Source: Octopus vulgaris (taxonomy: Eukaryota). From it: a stretch of DNA of 64,000 bases. Positions 11,535-25,250 of this stretch are shown here, one piece after another. The DNA lies in the NCBI GenBank assembly GCA_951406725.2, contig OX597818.1, forward strand, positions 140,926,001 through 140,990,000, read 5' to 3'. Below the pieces are notes generated by a model that did no database searches, was not told the DNA's origin, and was given only the letters and a program-made list of their open reading frames with translations. The stretch's first letter is position 1, and each line of letters opens with the position of its first letter. A program made the position numbers and the translations under genes.

Positions 11535-12293
11535 TATCTCAGAAGACCTTCATCTTGTAGTGTTGTCGAATTAATTTACTTTACTAGAAGCTATAGTTCC
11601 CAGTGTTAACGCTAATGTTATCTTTAATTAAAATGTCGCAGATCATTGCAACGCAAACCAAAATGAAGTATTTGAAATGTTACATAGAATATTTATTGTC
11701 TACTTATAATTGTTTGTATAGATTGTATTATTAAATAAAGCGATATTAATTATCTTGATAGTACAATCATGTGATTATGTATATATTAATTATTGAATTA
11801 TCATCCTCCAGCCGCCACCACCGATATTCGTTCTCTGAACCGTTTAACAATATGCAGAAACCCGGACAAACACACATGCCATCCCTGTTGATAAACACGC
11901 GCACACATTCATGTGTGTGTGTGTGTGTGTGGGTGTGTGTGCATGTATGTATACACTCGTAGGCAAATATACTCTCAGTTGAGTCAGAAGCACTGAGTCA
12001 GCCTTATTGGTAACGGCAAAGTTTCACTAGAATATGATAAACATTTACTTGATACACATATATATTTACAAACTGTCAGAAGTATTAGAAATACTGAATA
12101 ATTCAATCCTGAAGTAGCAAACAGAAAAGCCAACTTGCGGTGATTGAATACTTTAGTTACAAACCGGATACACATTGAAGGTGCCTAATTTGGTAGCAAT
12201 TGTCCGATAGTGCAGTCGCAAACCTAACCACTATGTAAAGCTATGAATATGTAGTTAATTTTCTGTCAAGTAATACTTGCGTTATAATTAAAG

Positions 12294-12343
<50 letters not shown>

Positions 12344-12470
12344 GTACTTATGTATGTATGTATGTATGTATGTATGTATGTATGTATGTATGTATGCATA
12401 GCTCTGTTTACCACGAAGAGTTTACTGGTCGTGCAAACATATGATCAGATATATTCTACTAGTGACAATT

Positions 12471-12637
12471 ACGTTCTGAGTTCAAATTCCACCGAGGTCG
12501 ACTTTGCCTTTCATCCTTTCGGGGTCGATAAGTTAAGTACCAGTTACGCACTGGGGTCGATCTAATCGACTCAATCCGTCTGCCTGTCCTTGTTTGTCCC
12601 CTCTATGTTTAGCCCCTTGTGGGTAGTAAAGAAATAA
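12471..12637 (+). mobile_element. SINE family C monomer, 5'-truncated
   Basis: Matches the units of 9076-9642. TSD-like CTA(C/G)TAGTGACAATT at 12456-12470 and 12642-12656. Confidence 0.85.
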
Positions 12638-12975
12638 TGTCCTAGTAGTGACAATTCACACTTTCAAGGGATTTGTTGCATTTCTTTATTTAATGTAGTG
12701 CTTTCCTAAAGTATGTTTCTGAACTATTTATAAGAGGTCGGTGGCTGTGACCAAAGCATTACTCGGGTTTGTGTTTACCATATATTACCATATGTGTGTT
12801 TGTGTGGGTTATTTGTGCGTGTGGGTTATTTGTGTGTGTTTGTGTGTGTGCACATAAGCGTATAGGCAATACTTGGTTATATGAACAAATAACCAATATT
12901 CAGAACAACAGGGAAGCGTAATGTGCGCGCGCATGTGTGTGGGTGTGCATTTATGTATGTATGAATGTGTGCATG

Positions 12976-13061
<86 letters not shown>

Positions 13062-13884
13062 TGTGCGCTCATATAAATAATCTGTCTATCTACATTTTTT
13101 TCATTTACCATATATTTTCTGATGTTTTGATAGAAATGCGCTTATCCACACTTCTGAGATTATTAGGATGCTCTGTAAGTCAAAAGGTATGAGTTTCCCC
13201 CAAAGTTCTATAATTTGGCGATCACATAACCCGCTTGAATAACGTCTCTGTATACTAGCACCTTTAGAAATGAAAAAAAAAATTGCAGTGTATTAGCAGT
13301 TTTATTCCTAGTGTATAACATGTTGACCTGTTTAACTGTTTCATGACGATCAAAATTCTCTGCGCAAAAGTTGCCTAAGTAGCTATAGCTAACTTTAATT
13401 AAATGCTTATTGTAAATTTGACAATATCTAGGTAAATTACAACGCTTTCTTCTTAGGCTTATGAAACACCTAACTACAATTTTGTATTCCTAAAAACTTA
13501 TAAACACTGCGGTGAGTTAAATGGTACGCCTTTCTGTGTCTTTATTCTTGCGTTGTGGTTTCTAGGTACCATCAAAAAACCATTCCATTTCTGCATACTG
13601 TTATGATAAAGGCTCGCTTTCAAAAACATATCTGTCTGACGGTTAGCTGGAGATGCGCCAACATTTATGATTCGATATTTTAGTCGGGCAATTGGAACTT
13701 TGCTGAGGTAAATGCTTTTCTTCATTCGGTTTGTGGTATGGGTTATGTTTGATTTTGTTTAAATTTAAAGCTAATTCTAAAAGGGATTCACTACATTTAA
13801 GTTAGAGTTTATTGTAATCTTAAGATTAAATCACCTGAATATACTAATTTCTGATTAATTAAGCATGTCCTTGTAGCTATTATA

Positions 13885-14462
13885 TATCAACGAAAATATC
13901 CAGTGAAATCCGTGAAAGGAGAGTCAGTAGATCCCGAGGTAATCCGGGTGGAGTGCTGGTATGTGGAGCGGGAGACGTGCTGAAAGTTCGGGAAGTGGTT
14001 TAGAAATGCGCGTCCAAAGAGTAGGAAGTTCGGTCTAGGATCAAACTGCGATAACCACGTGAGTGTATAATATAAAGTCGAAAACAAATATATAGTATAA
14101 TATATAGTTGAACAACAATAGGCGAAGATAGGTGTATGAACAAGCAAATGTATTAGTTTGAGTTTCGGGAAAATGAAAAAGTCTTTTAAGTTTCGAGCCT
14201 ACGCTCTTTAACAGAAAGGAATAAAAGAAAATATACAGTGGGAGAATAAAAAAAATCTTGTCGATATCAGCGGTCCAGCATGGCGAATGATTCGAAAAAA
14301 AGGTTGAAAGCTGAACTTGCTCTTATTCTTTTCTGTTGAAGAGCGCATGCTCGAAACGTAAAATACCTTTTCATTTTCAAGAGCGTCAAACTAAAACACT
14401 TGCTTGTTGTTCATACAGCTGTCTTCGTCTTTTGTTTTTCTATAAATTTTAACTATTATATA
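13885..14462. mobile_element. Penelope-like relic with inverted pseudo-LTR pair (family E)
   Basis: 14095-14230 and 14320-14460 are inverted copies, each with an HHR-like motif (14183-14218 minus; 14330-14363 plus). 13885-14060 on the minus strand may be the start of the ORF. Confidence 0.65.
14330..14363 (+). ncRNA. Minimal hammerhead-like motif, A6U variant
   Basis: TTT-CTGTTGAA-GAGC-GCAT-GCTC-GAA-ACGT-A-AAA; predicted GUA triplet. Confidence 0.55.
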
Positions 14463-15480
14463 TTGTTTACTGCCAGCAGACTATAATTTTATGCCTACGT
14501 TTTCTACGTTCTTCCACCGTATGCACAATATGCATAAAACAACCAGGGCTGACTTTTCTGCCCTGCTATAGGAACATCTAAGCTCTCGTTTCCGACTGTA
14601 TGACAACAAAAGGATCATGATAATTAAATAATCTAATCCTTGCATTCAAAGTAATGTTGATGCCGGTATCGTTTATGAATGTGTAATATAAATGAAAACA
14701 AGAGCAGATCTCCAGAGGTGGGAGGACAGTATTCCATAATATCACGCTGAACAAACTTTAATTAATGTTGTTATTATATCATTTGATGGCGTTGATACTG
14801 TTCAGCGGTTGTAAGTTAGTTGCTAATCTGGACCCAGTTTCTGTACTAACAATATCTAATTTACTTTTTCATTGGGTTGTGTATACTGCATATAGGGTCC
14901 GCTCAAAAATTGCTCCGTTGTCTTTATATATATAAAAAGCAACATATAGTGTACGTCATATGACGTACGCTATAGTTTAGTTTTGTATTCAGCGCTTTGG
15001 TACGTTTCACTCCTTGCTTATTACGTTGGCAGATGATGTGACTGTCCATACGTAAGCAGTTGTGATATTGTTTAGCAAGAGTGTGCTGCTTGTATATTTG
15101 TTAATGCAATTTCATATAAATGTTCACTGCTGCCCCTGGTCTCTTCAAATCGAGATCCAAGATTACAATGGTGAGAATCTCACCATTTTATCATATTTTA
15201 TTTCTAGGTTATACTTGCAGATGAACTGGTCTGGATAGCTAAGAAACGTCTAAGTAACTTAAATCGTTGAACTGGCTTCAACTAAGTAGTTTTTCAAGAG
15301 TTCGAAAACAATAAGCACACAGGCACACACAAACACACAAAAATACACACGGATACACTAACGAATTATTCATGTATGTATATACATGTATACACTTGTA
15401 TATATGCGTGTGTGTCTGTATTTAAGAATATACCTGTGTATATACGAATTTGCATGTACAAATTTAGATCTTTCTCTATA

Positions 15481-16752
15481 CACAGACACGCAGAAAGTAA
15501 ATAGGCACTTTTAATTTTGAAAATCTTTTATTTAATATGCAAAGCGAACAACTGAAATGTAATCGATAGGTAAGACTACATACTTTAGTATTTAGTTGAC
15601 ATTCCCTTTGCAGTTTTCAATTCAGAAACTCATTTTGGCATTGAACTGATGAGCTTTCTGATTTTCTCTTGTGCAATTTCTGCCCATTTCTCACACAACA
15701 ATCGAAAAAATTCATCTTCAGGTTTCTGTCGAGATTTTCGTATAGCTTTATCTAGTATACTCCAAAGATTTTCAATTGAATTCATGTCAGGAGATTGGCT
15801 CGGCCAAGGAAGCTTTTTGATCCCATTTTCAGGCAGCCACTGCTGATATTTTTTTCGCTGTGTAGCATGGAGCAACATCCTCCATGAATAAAAACTCATT
15901 TTTCGTTATGTTATCGTGTGAATACATCGGAAGTAGTCCTTGCTTAAGTATTTCGATGTATCTTTCAGAGTTTATGCTTCCAACACATTCGATCAGCTCA
16001 GAACGACCATTACTGGTGACAGCTCCGCATTCCACTACAAAGATACCGCTATGTTTCACTGTTGGTTGGAATAGTTTCAAATCAAATTCTTGACAGAGAA
16101 GCCTCTAGACCCAAACGCGTCCACTGTCTGGAAATAATGCAAATCTGGATTCAGCTGAGAAAATGACTCTATCCCAAAATGAACTGGATTTTTCTGATAT
16201 CTCCTTAGCCCATTTCTTTCTTTTCGTGATATTAATTGGTTGAAGGAGGGGTTTTCTTCTAGCTGCTCGTCCATAATACCCACGCTTATGCAGATGTGTA
16301 ACACACGTTCTTGGACTAACTTCTTTCTGTTTTGCAATGTCAGAAGCCTTAGAACGGGGTTCGTTTTCCACAATTATCTTCAAACAGCGAAGCTTCCGTT
16401 CCAATGGACCAGGTCGGCCGGGGCGAGAATCTGTTAATTCTTTTCCTTGGCTTTTGAATTGCACTTTAATTCTATTAACAGTAGCAAGAGGAATTTGAAG
16501 ATTTTCGGCAATTTTTCGCTGGCTATGGTCAGCCTCAGATTGACCAACAATTACGACCTCTTTGAAAATCTGACAGTTCTGCTGATTTTTTGTGCGTGAC
16601 ATGGGTACTCTTCACAAATATTTAAGATAATGGCGCCTGGAATGAAAAAGAATAATTTCATTGTAAATTCTACACCCCTGAAAACATATTAAGACGCTTA
16701 GATCAGAAATTTTAAAACTTAAAGGTTTCTGTTTACTTCCTGCATGTCTGTG
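15481..16752 (-). mobile_element. Tc1/mariner DNA transposon, full-length but decayed (~1.27 kb)
   Basis: Imperfect ~50-bp TIRs: CACAGACACGCAGAAAGTAAATAGGCAC at 15481 versus GTTTCTGTTTACTTCCTGCATGTCTGTG ending at 16752. TA at the left flank. Confidence 0.9.
15585..16602 (-). pseudogene. Tc1-family DDE transposase, frameshifted
   Basis: HTH N-terminus, ARRKPLL, WDRVIFSAESRF (first catalytic D changed to A), PTVKH, FMEDVAPCY and WPSQSPDMNSIENLW, spread across ORFs 16105-16602, 15829-16080 and 15630-15899. Confidence 0.92.
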
Positions 16753-17340
16753 TTTATGAATGTGAGTGTTTAAGTACGTATGTAAAAGTGAACAAGAGAG
16801 GAAAGCAAAGGGAGAGTGTGGGTCAGAGAGGGCAAGAATTGTGGAAGGCAAGTGACACGGGAAAGTTAAGACAAGGTTCCATGAAAGGGAAACAATTATA
16901 ATGTACAATAGATATCTTAAGTAATATCAAATTAAGACAGTGATAGAAACACCCAGACGTGTTGTCAGACAGAGATAAACAAAGGCCGCATTTAAAAAGT
17001 ATTCTTGATGTTCCAACAAAATAATCTCACTAATAACAATATATACGATAAACAATCGTAAGATATCATATCATATCTTTATACATCCATCAATGTTACG
17101 AAACTGATAAGCTTTAGATATTGTTTTTCACATATACCTGCTAGCTGAAATGATTCCTTTCATCTTGTTCTATTTACTTCAAATTTGTCTCACCTGACCA
17201 ATGGCAAATTCACAGAGACAGGAAGCTCAATTTCTCATTATGTACAATTCATTTTTACATTAAAATCCTTTGAAGTAACAAAGTAACGGCATTATTGAGA
17301 TATTGGTCTCTCTTTCTCACTTTCTCTCTCTCTCTTCGCC

Positions 17341-17396
<56 letters not shown>

Positions 17397-17397
17397 A

Positions 17398-17442
<45 letters not shown>

Positions 17443-17634
17443 ACATACATGCAAGCCCACATATACATATATGATAAAGTTTATAAAAATAAGGATAACT
17501 TCGTTTCCACCATCAAAGATGTAATTCCATAATTGAATTCTTGATAATGAAAATTAAATAATAGTAGATAGAAAAGGTAATTAAAAACACCAATATAGAT
17601 TTCCTGTCTAAAGGATAAACATGTAAAGTTACGA

Positions 17635-17683
<49 letters not shown>

Positions 17684-18547
17684 TTGTATGAATATGTTTG
17701 TATGTATATATATATATACACACACATATATATAATTATACATACATGCATATATGAATGCCTTGGAATAACAACCACGAACTCGCCCTCGTATCATTTA
17801 TTAGTTGATACAATTAATGCGAAGTAGCGGAAAATGGAAATAGTTGCATTTAAAAATAAAAATGTTATTTGTATTGTTTCACTCTGGAGAGAGTAAAACA
17901 ATAAAACTAAATAAATAAAAAGAATAAATCGGATATGTGTTGTTTCATTCAATCTGGCTCTCGTTGTTATATCCCTCTCGTATTCAATTTTTTTAGTTAG
18001 CCCTACTATTGTTTTCCTAATACACACACACACACACACACATACAGAACCACGCTTATACCTTCGGAGGGAAATTTAGGATTTCTCGGTTTTCAGTGAA
18101 TCGATTTTGATAAAACTTTTCCCAGTTGGCTTGCGTCCTAAGGTAACACCATTGTTATGTTTTCGTTATTCTGTGTAACGTCCTTTCTTTTTTTTATTTC
18201 AGATTCTTCAGTTTTCCGGGCGAACCACGCTAATAGCCTTTGAATGAAAATAACCTATCTAGAATTTTTTTTAGTTTTCAGAAAATAAAGGGTAATGATA
18301 CATATTAAACATGCATTGTTTAACAGAAAGCCATAATGATATTATAACAGTTATTAACATCATGAATTATTTAGCACGGAATTTTGTCAGTGATCAGGTC
18401 GCGGTCTCAAAGCGACGAAAATATTTTGGCAAATTAAATTTAAATGTTTTTTCTGTGTTTTTAAATAGGTTGTAAACACTTCCATGCTCAGATCAGGTCA
18501 CATGCTATGTAAGTACATCTCCGTAATATATATATATATATATGTAT

Positions 18548-19093
18548 GTCAGGTCACTTTCGAGTGCTACTGGTAACATGTAACCCAGTACAACCTGTTG
18601 CACGGTCGGGTAGTCGGCGACTAAACCGGCAACCCCACCAAGCTTTCTTGATGAGGAGGGTGTTTATTGGTCACCCTGCAGGATGAAAACAAAACCCGTC
18701 AAAGGGCGGAGGAACTCTTGAGTCAACGGTCATCCAATAAATGTCTTAAGGCTGTGTCATGCGCGGAAACATAGAAATAATCGGACTGAATACCCGATAG
18801 CGCGGTTAAACCATAGGGAGTGAAGGACTCCTAGCCTTTGTTAGGGCATCTTTCTAGGAGAAGGTAACTCAGGTAACTGGGATAACTCCGAAATAAAACC
18901 TGCGGCTCAGTGGTTACCGATGATGTTGACTTGTTCTTCCTTTGGGATTATGGCTGCTGTTGCTTAATGAGTGGGTTTGACTCAGTGCACAGCCTTTCCT
19001 CACTTTAAAAAAGTCTTCTTCCACAGGCATTGCACGATAACAACATTGATTAAGCTTCGTGCAATGGCCATACTCAATAACGAGGGGGCAGCC
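18548..19093 (+). mobile_element. Bipartite RTE-like element (family D), copy 2
   Basis: Reverse complement of 10367-10929. Flanked by (TA)/(GATA) microsatellites. Confidence 0.75.
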
Positions 19094-19126
19094 TCTATAT
19101 ATATACACATATATAAGATAGAGTTG

Positions 19127-19200
<74 letters not shown>

Positions 19201-19887
19201 TTGTAATTATGATATATCAGTATAGTGAAAATACATCTATAAATATATTCTATGTATGTAGGTAGGTAGGCACTTATGTACGCAAGTATATGCTAGAGTC
19301 CACATTTTCACTGAGTTTTATCTTGGGTTTTCCCAACCACAATTTTTTTCTTCTCGTACTATCTCTTCCTCACCTTATTTACTCTTTCACATTTATTCTC
19401 AAAAATATGTTTTGTTTTCTTTCTAATTCCTTTCCTTTTTTCTTATATACTAATTTAAATAAGTCTATTCTAAGTAGTAAACAATACAAACTTCACCTTT
19501 TCTTATTTTTTCTAAGTTCGGGGAAACAAAAAAAAAAAAAGAGAAAGAATATTCATCCGAGCATCTTGCATATTTCTTTGATTAATTCATTTGATTTCAT
19601 ATAATTCTTTTAGATAATGAGATTTCGTCATATGTATGTAGTGCCTCTTGTCGTCTCGGATGCTGTTTACACATATCCCACTTTGTTAATTGAATTCCAG
19701 AATTAATTATCAAGCCTTTCATATAGCGAATAATGACATTTTAAAAATATACCTTAGACATCAAAGAAGATCTTTCAGCAAACAAACTCTGGATCAATAA
19801 CATCGTGCAAAATGTGTGTATAGCGTTATTGTTCGTAGCACACACACAAATGTGTGTCCCCGTGTGTGATGTGTGAGTATGTGTGTA

Positions 19888-20146
19888 TGAAGGTGCATGG
19901 CCTAATCGTTGTTCTATTGCAGTCACAATCACTAGATCGCGGTTTCGATACTCAGACCGGTCGGTATGCTGTGTCCTCCAGCAAAACACATCATTTCACG
20001 TTGCTCCAGTCCCCCTTTGGGTAAGAATGTTTCACTGCTCGCCTAGCCGGCGGGGTGGCGTCATATGAAAGCGAAAACAATGCAAAGTGCACTGTTACCA
20101 GCAATGGGTAACAACATTTGATAGTCTGGTCAGTCACGTGATAACG
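19888..20146 (+). mobile_element. Diverged tRNA-SINE (G-type head, type-ii tail)
   Basis: Head TGAAGGTGCATGGCCT...GGTTTCGATACTCAGACCGG. The tail CGGGGTGGCG...TCTGGTCAGTCACGTG is shared with 39692 and 60019. Confidence 0.7.
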
Positions 20147-20171
20147 TCATATGATATATATAGCACGTGGC

Positions 20172-20211
<40 letters not shown>

Positions 20212-20213
<2 letters not shown>

Positions 20214-20376
20214 CGCAGGAATGGCTGTGTGGTAAGTAGCTTGCTAACCAACCACATGGTTCCGGGTTCAGTCCCACTGCGTGGCATCTTGGGCAAGTGT
20301 CTTCTGCTATAGCCCCGGGCCGACCAATGCCTTGTGAGTGGATTTGGTAGACGGAAACTGAAAGAAGCCTGTCCTA

Positions 20377-20444
<68 letters not shown>

Positions 20445-20655
20445 TGTGTTTGTCCCCCTAGCATTGCTTGACAACCGATGCTGGTGTGTTTTCGTCCCCG
20501 TCACCTAGCGGTTCAGTAAAAGAGACCGATAGAATAAGTACTGGGCTTACAAAGAATAAGTCCTGGGGGTCGATTTGCTCGACTAAAGGCGGTGCTCCAG
20601 CATGGCCGCAGTCAAATGACTGAAACAAGTAAGAGAATAAAAGAATAAAAGAATA
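20212..20655 (+). mobile_element. SINE family B with internal (TA)n(TG)n
   Basis: Full-length match to the other B copies, ending in (AAAGAATA)n. An older degenerate B copy follows at ~20657-20930. Confidence 0.9.
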
Positions 20656-21154
20656 CAGGAGCAAACGTGGCTGAGTGGCAGGAAACTTTCTTGGCAACAA
20701 TGTGGTTTTCGGTTAGGTACCATTAGTCGGCAAATTGGATATGTGTCTTCAACTATGTATCCTCAGGCTGACCAAATCCTCGAGAGTGGATTCGAACGAC
20801 AGAAACTGAAATGAGCCAGTGGTTTATAATACATATGTTTGGATAAGTATATATTTATGTGTATGTCATCCTTTTCGCGTTTGCTCCATCAATACTTCAG
20901 AGCCAAATGACTGACACAAGTAAACGATAACACACGCAGTTCAATGTGTAATATATAACTGCACATAAACACGTAATCGCATGCATGCCTTCCAACTCAC
21001 ACACACACACACACACACACACATTATTATGTCTTTGAATGTGCGATTCGTAGGGATGTGTAAGTGTGTGCGCGTGCGCGCACGTTTGCGCGTATGTGTT
21101 TGTTTGTGCATGTGTATGTGCGTGAGAGAGAGAGAGAGAGAGCGAGAGAAGAGT

Positions 21155-21330
21155 TGTGGCCTAGTGGTCAGTGCGTTGAAATCATGTTCGCAAGATCGAG
21201 ATTTCGGTTCCTGCATCGGGCGGTGCAATGTGTTATAGAGTAAAATACTTCATTTCACTTTGCTCCGATTCTCTCAGCTGCGCATAAATAACCCTGCGAC
21301 GGGCTGGCGTACGATCAGTGGATATCAAAT
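21155..21330 (+). mobile_element. Degenerate tRNA-SINE head (G-type)
   Basis: TGTGGCCTAGTGGTC...TTTCGGTTCC...CATTTCACTTTGCTCC...CTCAGCTG. Confidence 0.55.
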
Positions 21331-22859
21331 GGTAACTCTGCTTATACGTCACGGAAACCGAATTACTGACTCTATATGTCGTGCTGTATCAAGAGATCTG
21401 GACTCCTTGTCAGGATCACAAGACGAGAATAAAACGCTCAGACAATAAACACAACAATAACACAACTGACGCATGTTAACCTAAGTAAATGTCCAATCAG
21501 AACAATACAAGAAATGGAAAGCATCCGGTATGTTTTACATCGAACGCAGTATACATGCGCGTACACACGCGTGCACACTCACACGCCCCCTTCGCACACA
21601 AACATACTCACTTAACCGGCTTCCCATTTGATCTTGAAAACTACGTTATGTGGAGCTGTTTTGCAAACCATATATTTTGGCTTTCGTTCGAAAAAAGAGT
21701 GAACGAGTATGTAGCTCAGATCGTTTCCTGTTAACGTATATAAGTTGAAAGTGGTCACATGTTGAGGTAAAGTAATTTTCGGTCAGTTAATGTCACGTGA
21801 CAGCCGATGAAAGATGAAAGATGCATCTGAATTTAGGGCTGTGTCTGCTGTGTGAACAGCTGTTATTTTATTTAGCCAAGGCGAGGTGACTTTTGTTTTA
21901 TATATCTACTGCTTTAGTGAATGATCCAGTTTTTCCTACCAAAATGAACGGTTGATAAAGAAAAGTTACTGTTAAACTATTTGGCATGCATAACTGCTAT
22001 GAAAAACTACAATGGAAAATTGCTAAAAAGCTCAAATGAAAAAAATATATATTTAGATACTATATATGGGTGTGCTTTGTGCATCTAAGTTGAAGAAGAG
22101 ATGCAGCTATGTTAAAGTAATTCCACATAAGTTACATATTAAATAAAGAAATACACGATAGTCTGGGCTAGATACAGTTCGATCGTAGTGATACTCAATT
22201 AGAGATTGTCCGGAGATGAACATCACCATCAGAAACGATGACAGCATAAAACAACTACAGTAAGATGACACAAGATAACAAGAAGAAACAAACTCGGGCA
22301 AAAGTTCGTTTTACGTTAGACACGATCAAGTCAAACGTGCCTTCGTAAACATTGAAGTGAGAACTATGTAGAACACGGTCACTATTATTCTTGCTTTTAT
22401 TGCAACAGGCATTCCTTTATATCTCCTATTCTTTTAATGCATTTTGCTCTTTCGCCTCTTTATTTCGCCTCTTCTCTCTTGAGAGCTTCATTCCCGACTT
22501 GAGCCCTGCCAATTGATTAGATTTTCTCTTTGAAATCCCTCTAATCTGTTCGGTAGTTCATATGTACGCGTCAGTCACACACACATATAGAGAAGCATGT
22601 AAACACGTGCCGATATATGTACACGCATATATACATAGCTGTTTGTCTATCTATTTATCTGACAATCTAGCTCTCTCTCTCTTTTTCACTCTTTCTCTCT
22701 CTATGGTAAATATATGCGTGTAAATATATAGAAACAAGTATATATAACTGTACATATGTGTATGTATGTATGTTTACACATGGAGTGATGTAAATAATGT
22801 ATACGCATACAAGTATATATAACTATATATGTATACATATGTATCTACGAATGCATGTA

Positions 22860-22860
22860 T

Positions 22861-22927
<67 letters not shown>

Positions 22928-23156
22928 CAGATATATATATAGATAGATAGATAGAGAGATAGATAGATAGATAGATAGATAGAAAGATAGCTAGACATGC
23001 ACGCAGGCAGAGAGACAGATATTTAGACAGACAGACAGATAGACAGATAGATAGATAGATAGATAGATAGATAAACAGATTGATTGATAGACACAAGCAG
23101 ACAGGCAGAGAGGCAGACATATAGATAGACAGACATACAGACTGATAGATAGATAT

Positions 23157-23209
<53 letters not shown>

Positions 23210-23214
23210 CAGAC

Positions 23215-23247
<33 letters not shown>

Positions 23248-23250
23248 TTG
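22860..23250. repeat. (GA)n/(GATA)n/(GACA)n compound microsatellite
   Basis: Directly visible. Confidence 0.95.
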
Positions 23251-23760
23251 ATATATCTGTGCGCACATGCAAACAGATATCCACATTTATATATGAGCAT
23301 GCATAGCTATATGAATGCGTGCGCATGTTATATATGTGGAATTCATATACTACTTGTATGGTGAGGACATCGTTCTCAATAACTAATCTCACACACAGTA
23401 TGCAGTGGATGTAAGTTTTTTACTACAATTTCATTGTTTCACCCTGATGAATGTTAATCCCTTCGACAAAATCTCTTTAATCTATTTGCGGTGCGGACAT
23501 ATTGATTGAAGAAAGCTAGTTTTTCAGGTTGGACATGATCTTAAAAGATGTACGAAGACTTAAAATTAATCATTGATTTATGGTTTCAATGGCAGTCATC
23601 CTTGTCATATTTTCATGAATATATGTGTGTATGAGGGTACGCGCGTGTGTGTGTGAGTGCACGCGCGTGTGTGTATATGTATGTACGTATATGTTTGTGT
23701 GTGCGTTTGAGTATATATATGTATATATAATGATACACAAACATTTATATATATACATAC

Positions 23761-23822
<62 letters not shown>

Positions 23823-23931
23823 TATCTGGAATCTCCACTTGTAGAAAATGGAAAGAACAGTCTTTGACTGCCATTTCTAATTCCTTCGGTATGCGGCGAA
23901 GCAGCTTGTCGGCCCGCCCTTTAATTATTTT

Positions 23932-24000
<69 letters not shown>

Positions 24001-25039
24001 CATACATACATACATACATACATACATACATACATACATACATACATACATTCATGCATACATACATATATACATATATATGTGTATATGCATCTGTGAT
24101 TGCTTGCATGTACAAGTATGCGCATACATTTTAGATTTTCTTTTTTTCTTTACGTGTTTCAGTCATTTGACTCTGACCATGCTGGAACACCGCCTTTATA
24201 TTTGGATATAACGATAGTAGACTTTAGTGTCTTAAAAATTAGTGAATTACCAGCTGCTATAAGATGTATATTCCCTGAGAACACTCTTAATGTGAACGGC
24301 TGATGATGTACAGGTCATGCCTCTTGGTATGAGCTAGTTGAGCGATTTACTGATTATAAGCTTGCCTAGGACATCCTTTCAGTCGTTGAACAAAATCAAA
24401 CAGTACCTCATATGAACTCAATTCGGCGTGAAATGTGTTGGCTAGCCTTGTTAAATTGCATGAGCGTTTGGAGGTTTTCGTTTGTTATTTATTTTTTTAA
24501 TTTAATTTAATTTAATTTATTTTGTATGTACATATTTACTGTATGTTGTGAAAAATGAATTTCTTAACAAAAGATAAGGGTTGGGTTATTTAATTTTTTA
24601 ATAGCTTAATTAGAAGCGCAATAGGAGCGAGCCACTTCTTTTCCAAGGCATTCGGAACGAATGGACACACTCTGTAAACTCAGATGATATATTCACCAAA
24701 AAACGTCAAGTAAAACAATATGCGTTCGTTATTCCAGTAAGAATTTATCCTAATATAATGTCTCAACATTTGTATCTGAAACTTAGCCAATAACACGCCA
24801 GAAAGCAATACGGCATCTTTATTCGGGTAATAATCTTATATTCTAATAAAATTTCGACCCATATATTTGTATCTGAAACTAAGTAATAGAGCAGGAGGAT
24901 ACACGTGGCATAGAAAAGTCCCCAAAGAGGTCAACGATGTGTGACGAAAGATTTTCCGACGATGGACATAGGATAACATAAGAAGAATATTAAACGAGTG
25001 AAGAACGACTCTGTATTTTATCTCCTTTTGTCATTTTTT

Positions 25040-25250
25040 CACTCGAATATAAAGTTACCTGTCAATTTTTCCTTTTGATTTTCATTATTAAACTCCACGC
25101 ATTACACACAAATATATACAATAGGCCTTACAGAGCAATACTTGTTACACCTTTTCGAATAATCAGAAAATTCAATTCTGTCATTGCTACCAGAAACGCA
25201 TTAACGCACTTTCACAATATATTTGGAAATCGAAAGATGTGAGAAACTTG
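25040..25250 (+). pseudogene. Penelope GIY-YIG endonuclease remnant
   Basis: IGLTEQ and ALSQYIWKSKD resemble the PLE motifs YIG.T and ALSKYIW.LK. Frameshifted. Confidence 0.5.

Noticed and set aside
13457-13707. Two exon-like segments with good AG/GT sites (13457-13511, 13566-13707)
   Set aside because: The intron would be only 54 nt, the second segment has stops in all three frames, and no protein is recognisable. A non-coding transcript cannot be excluded.
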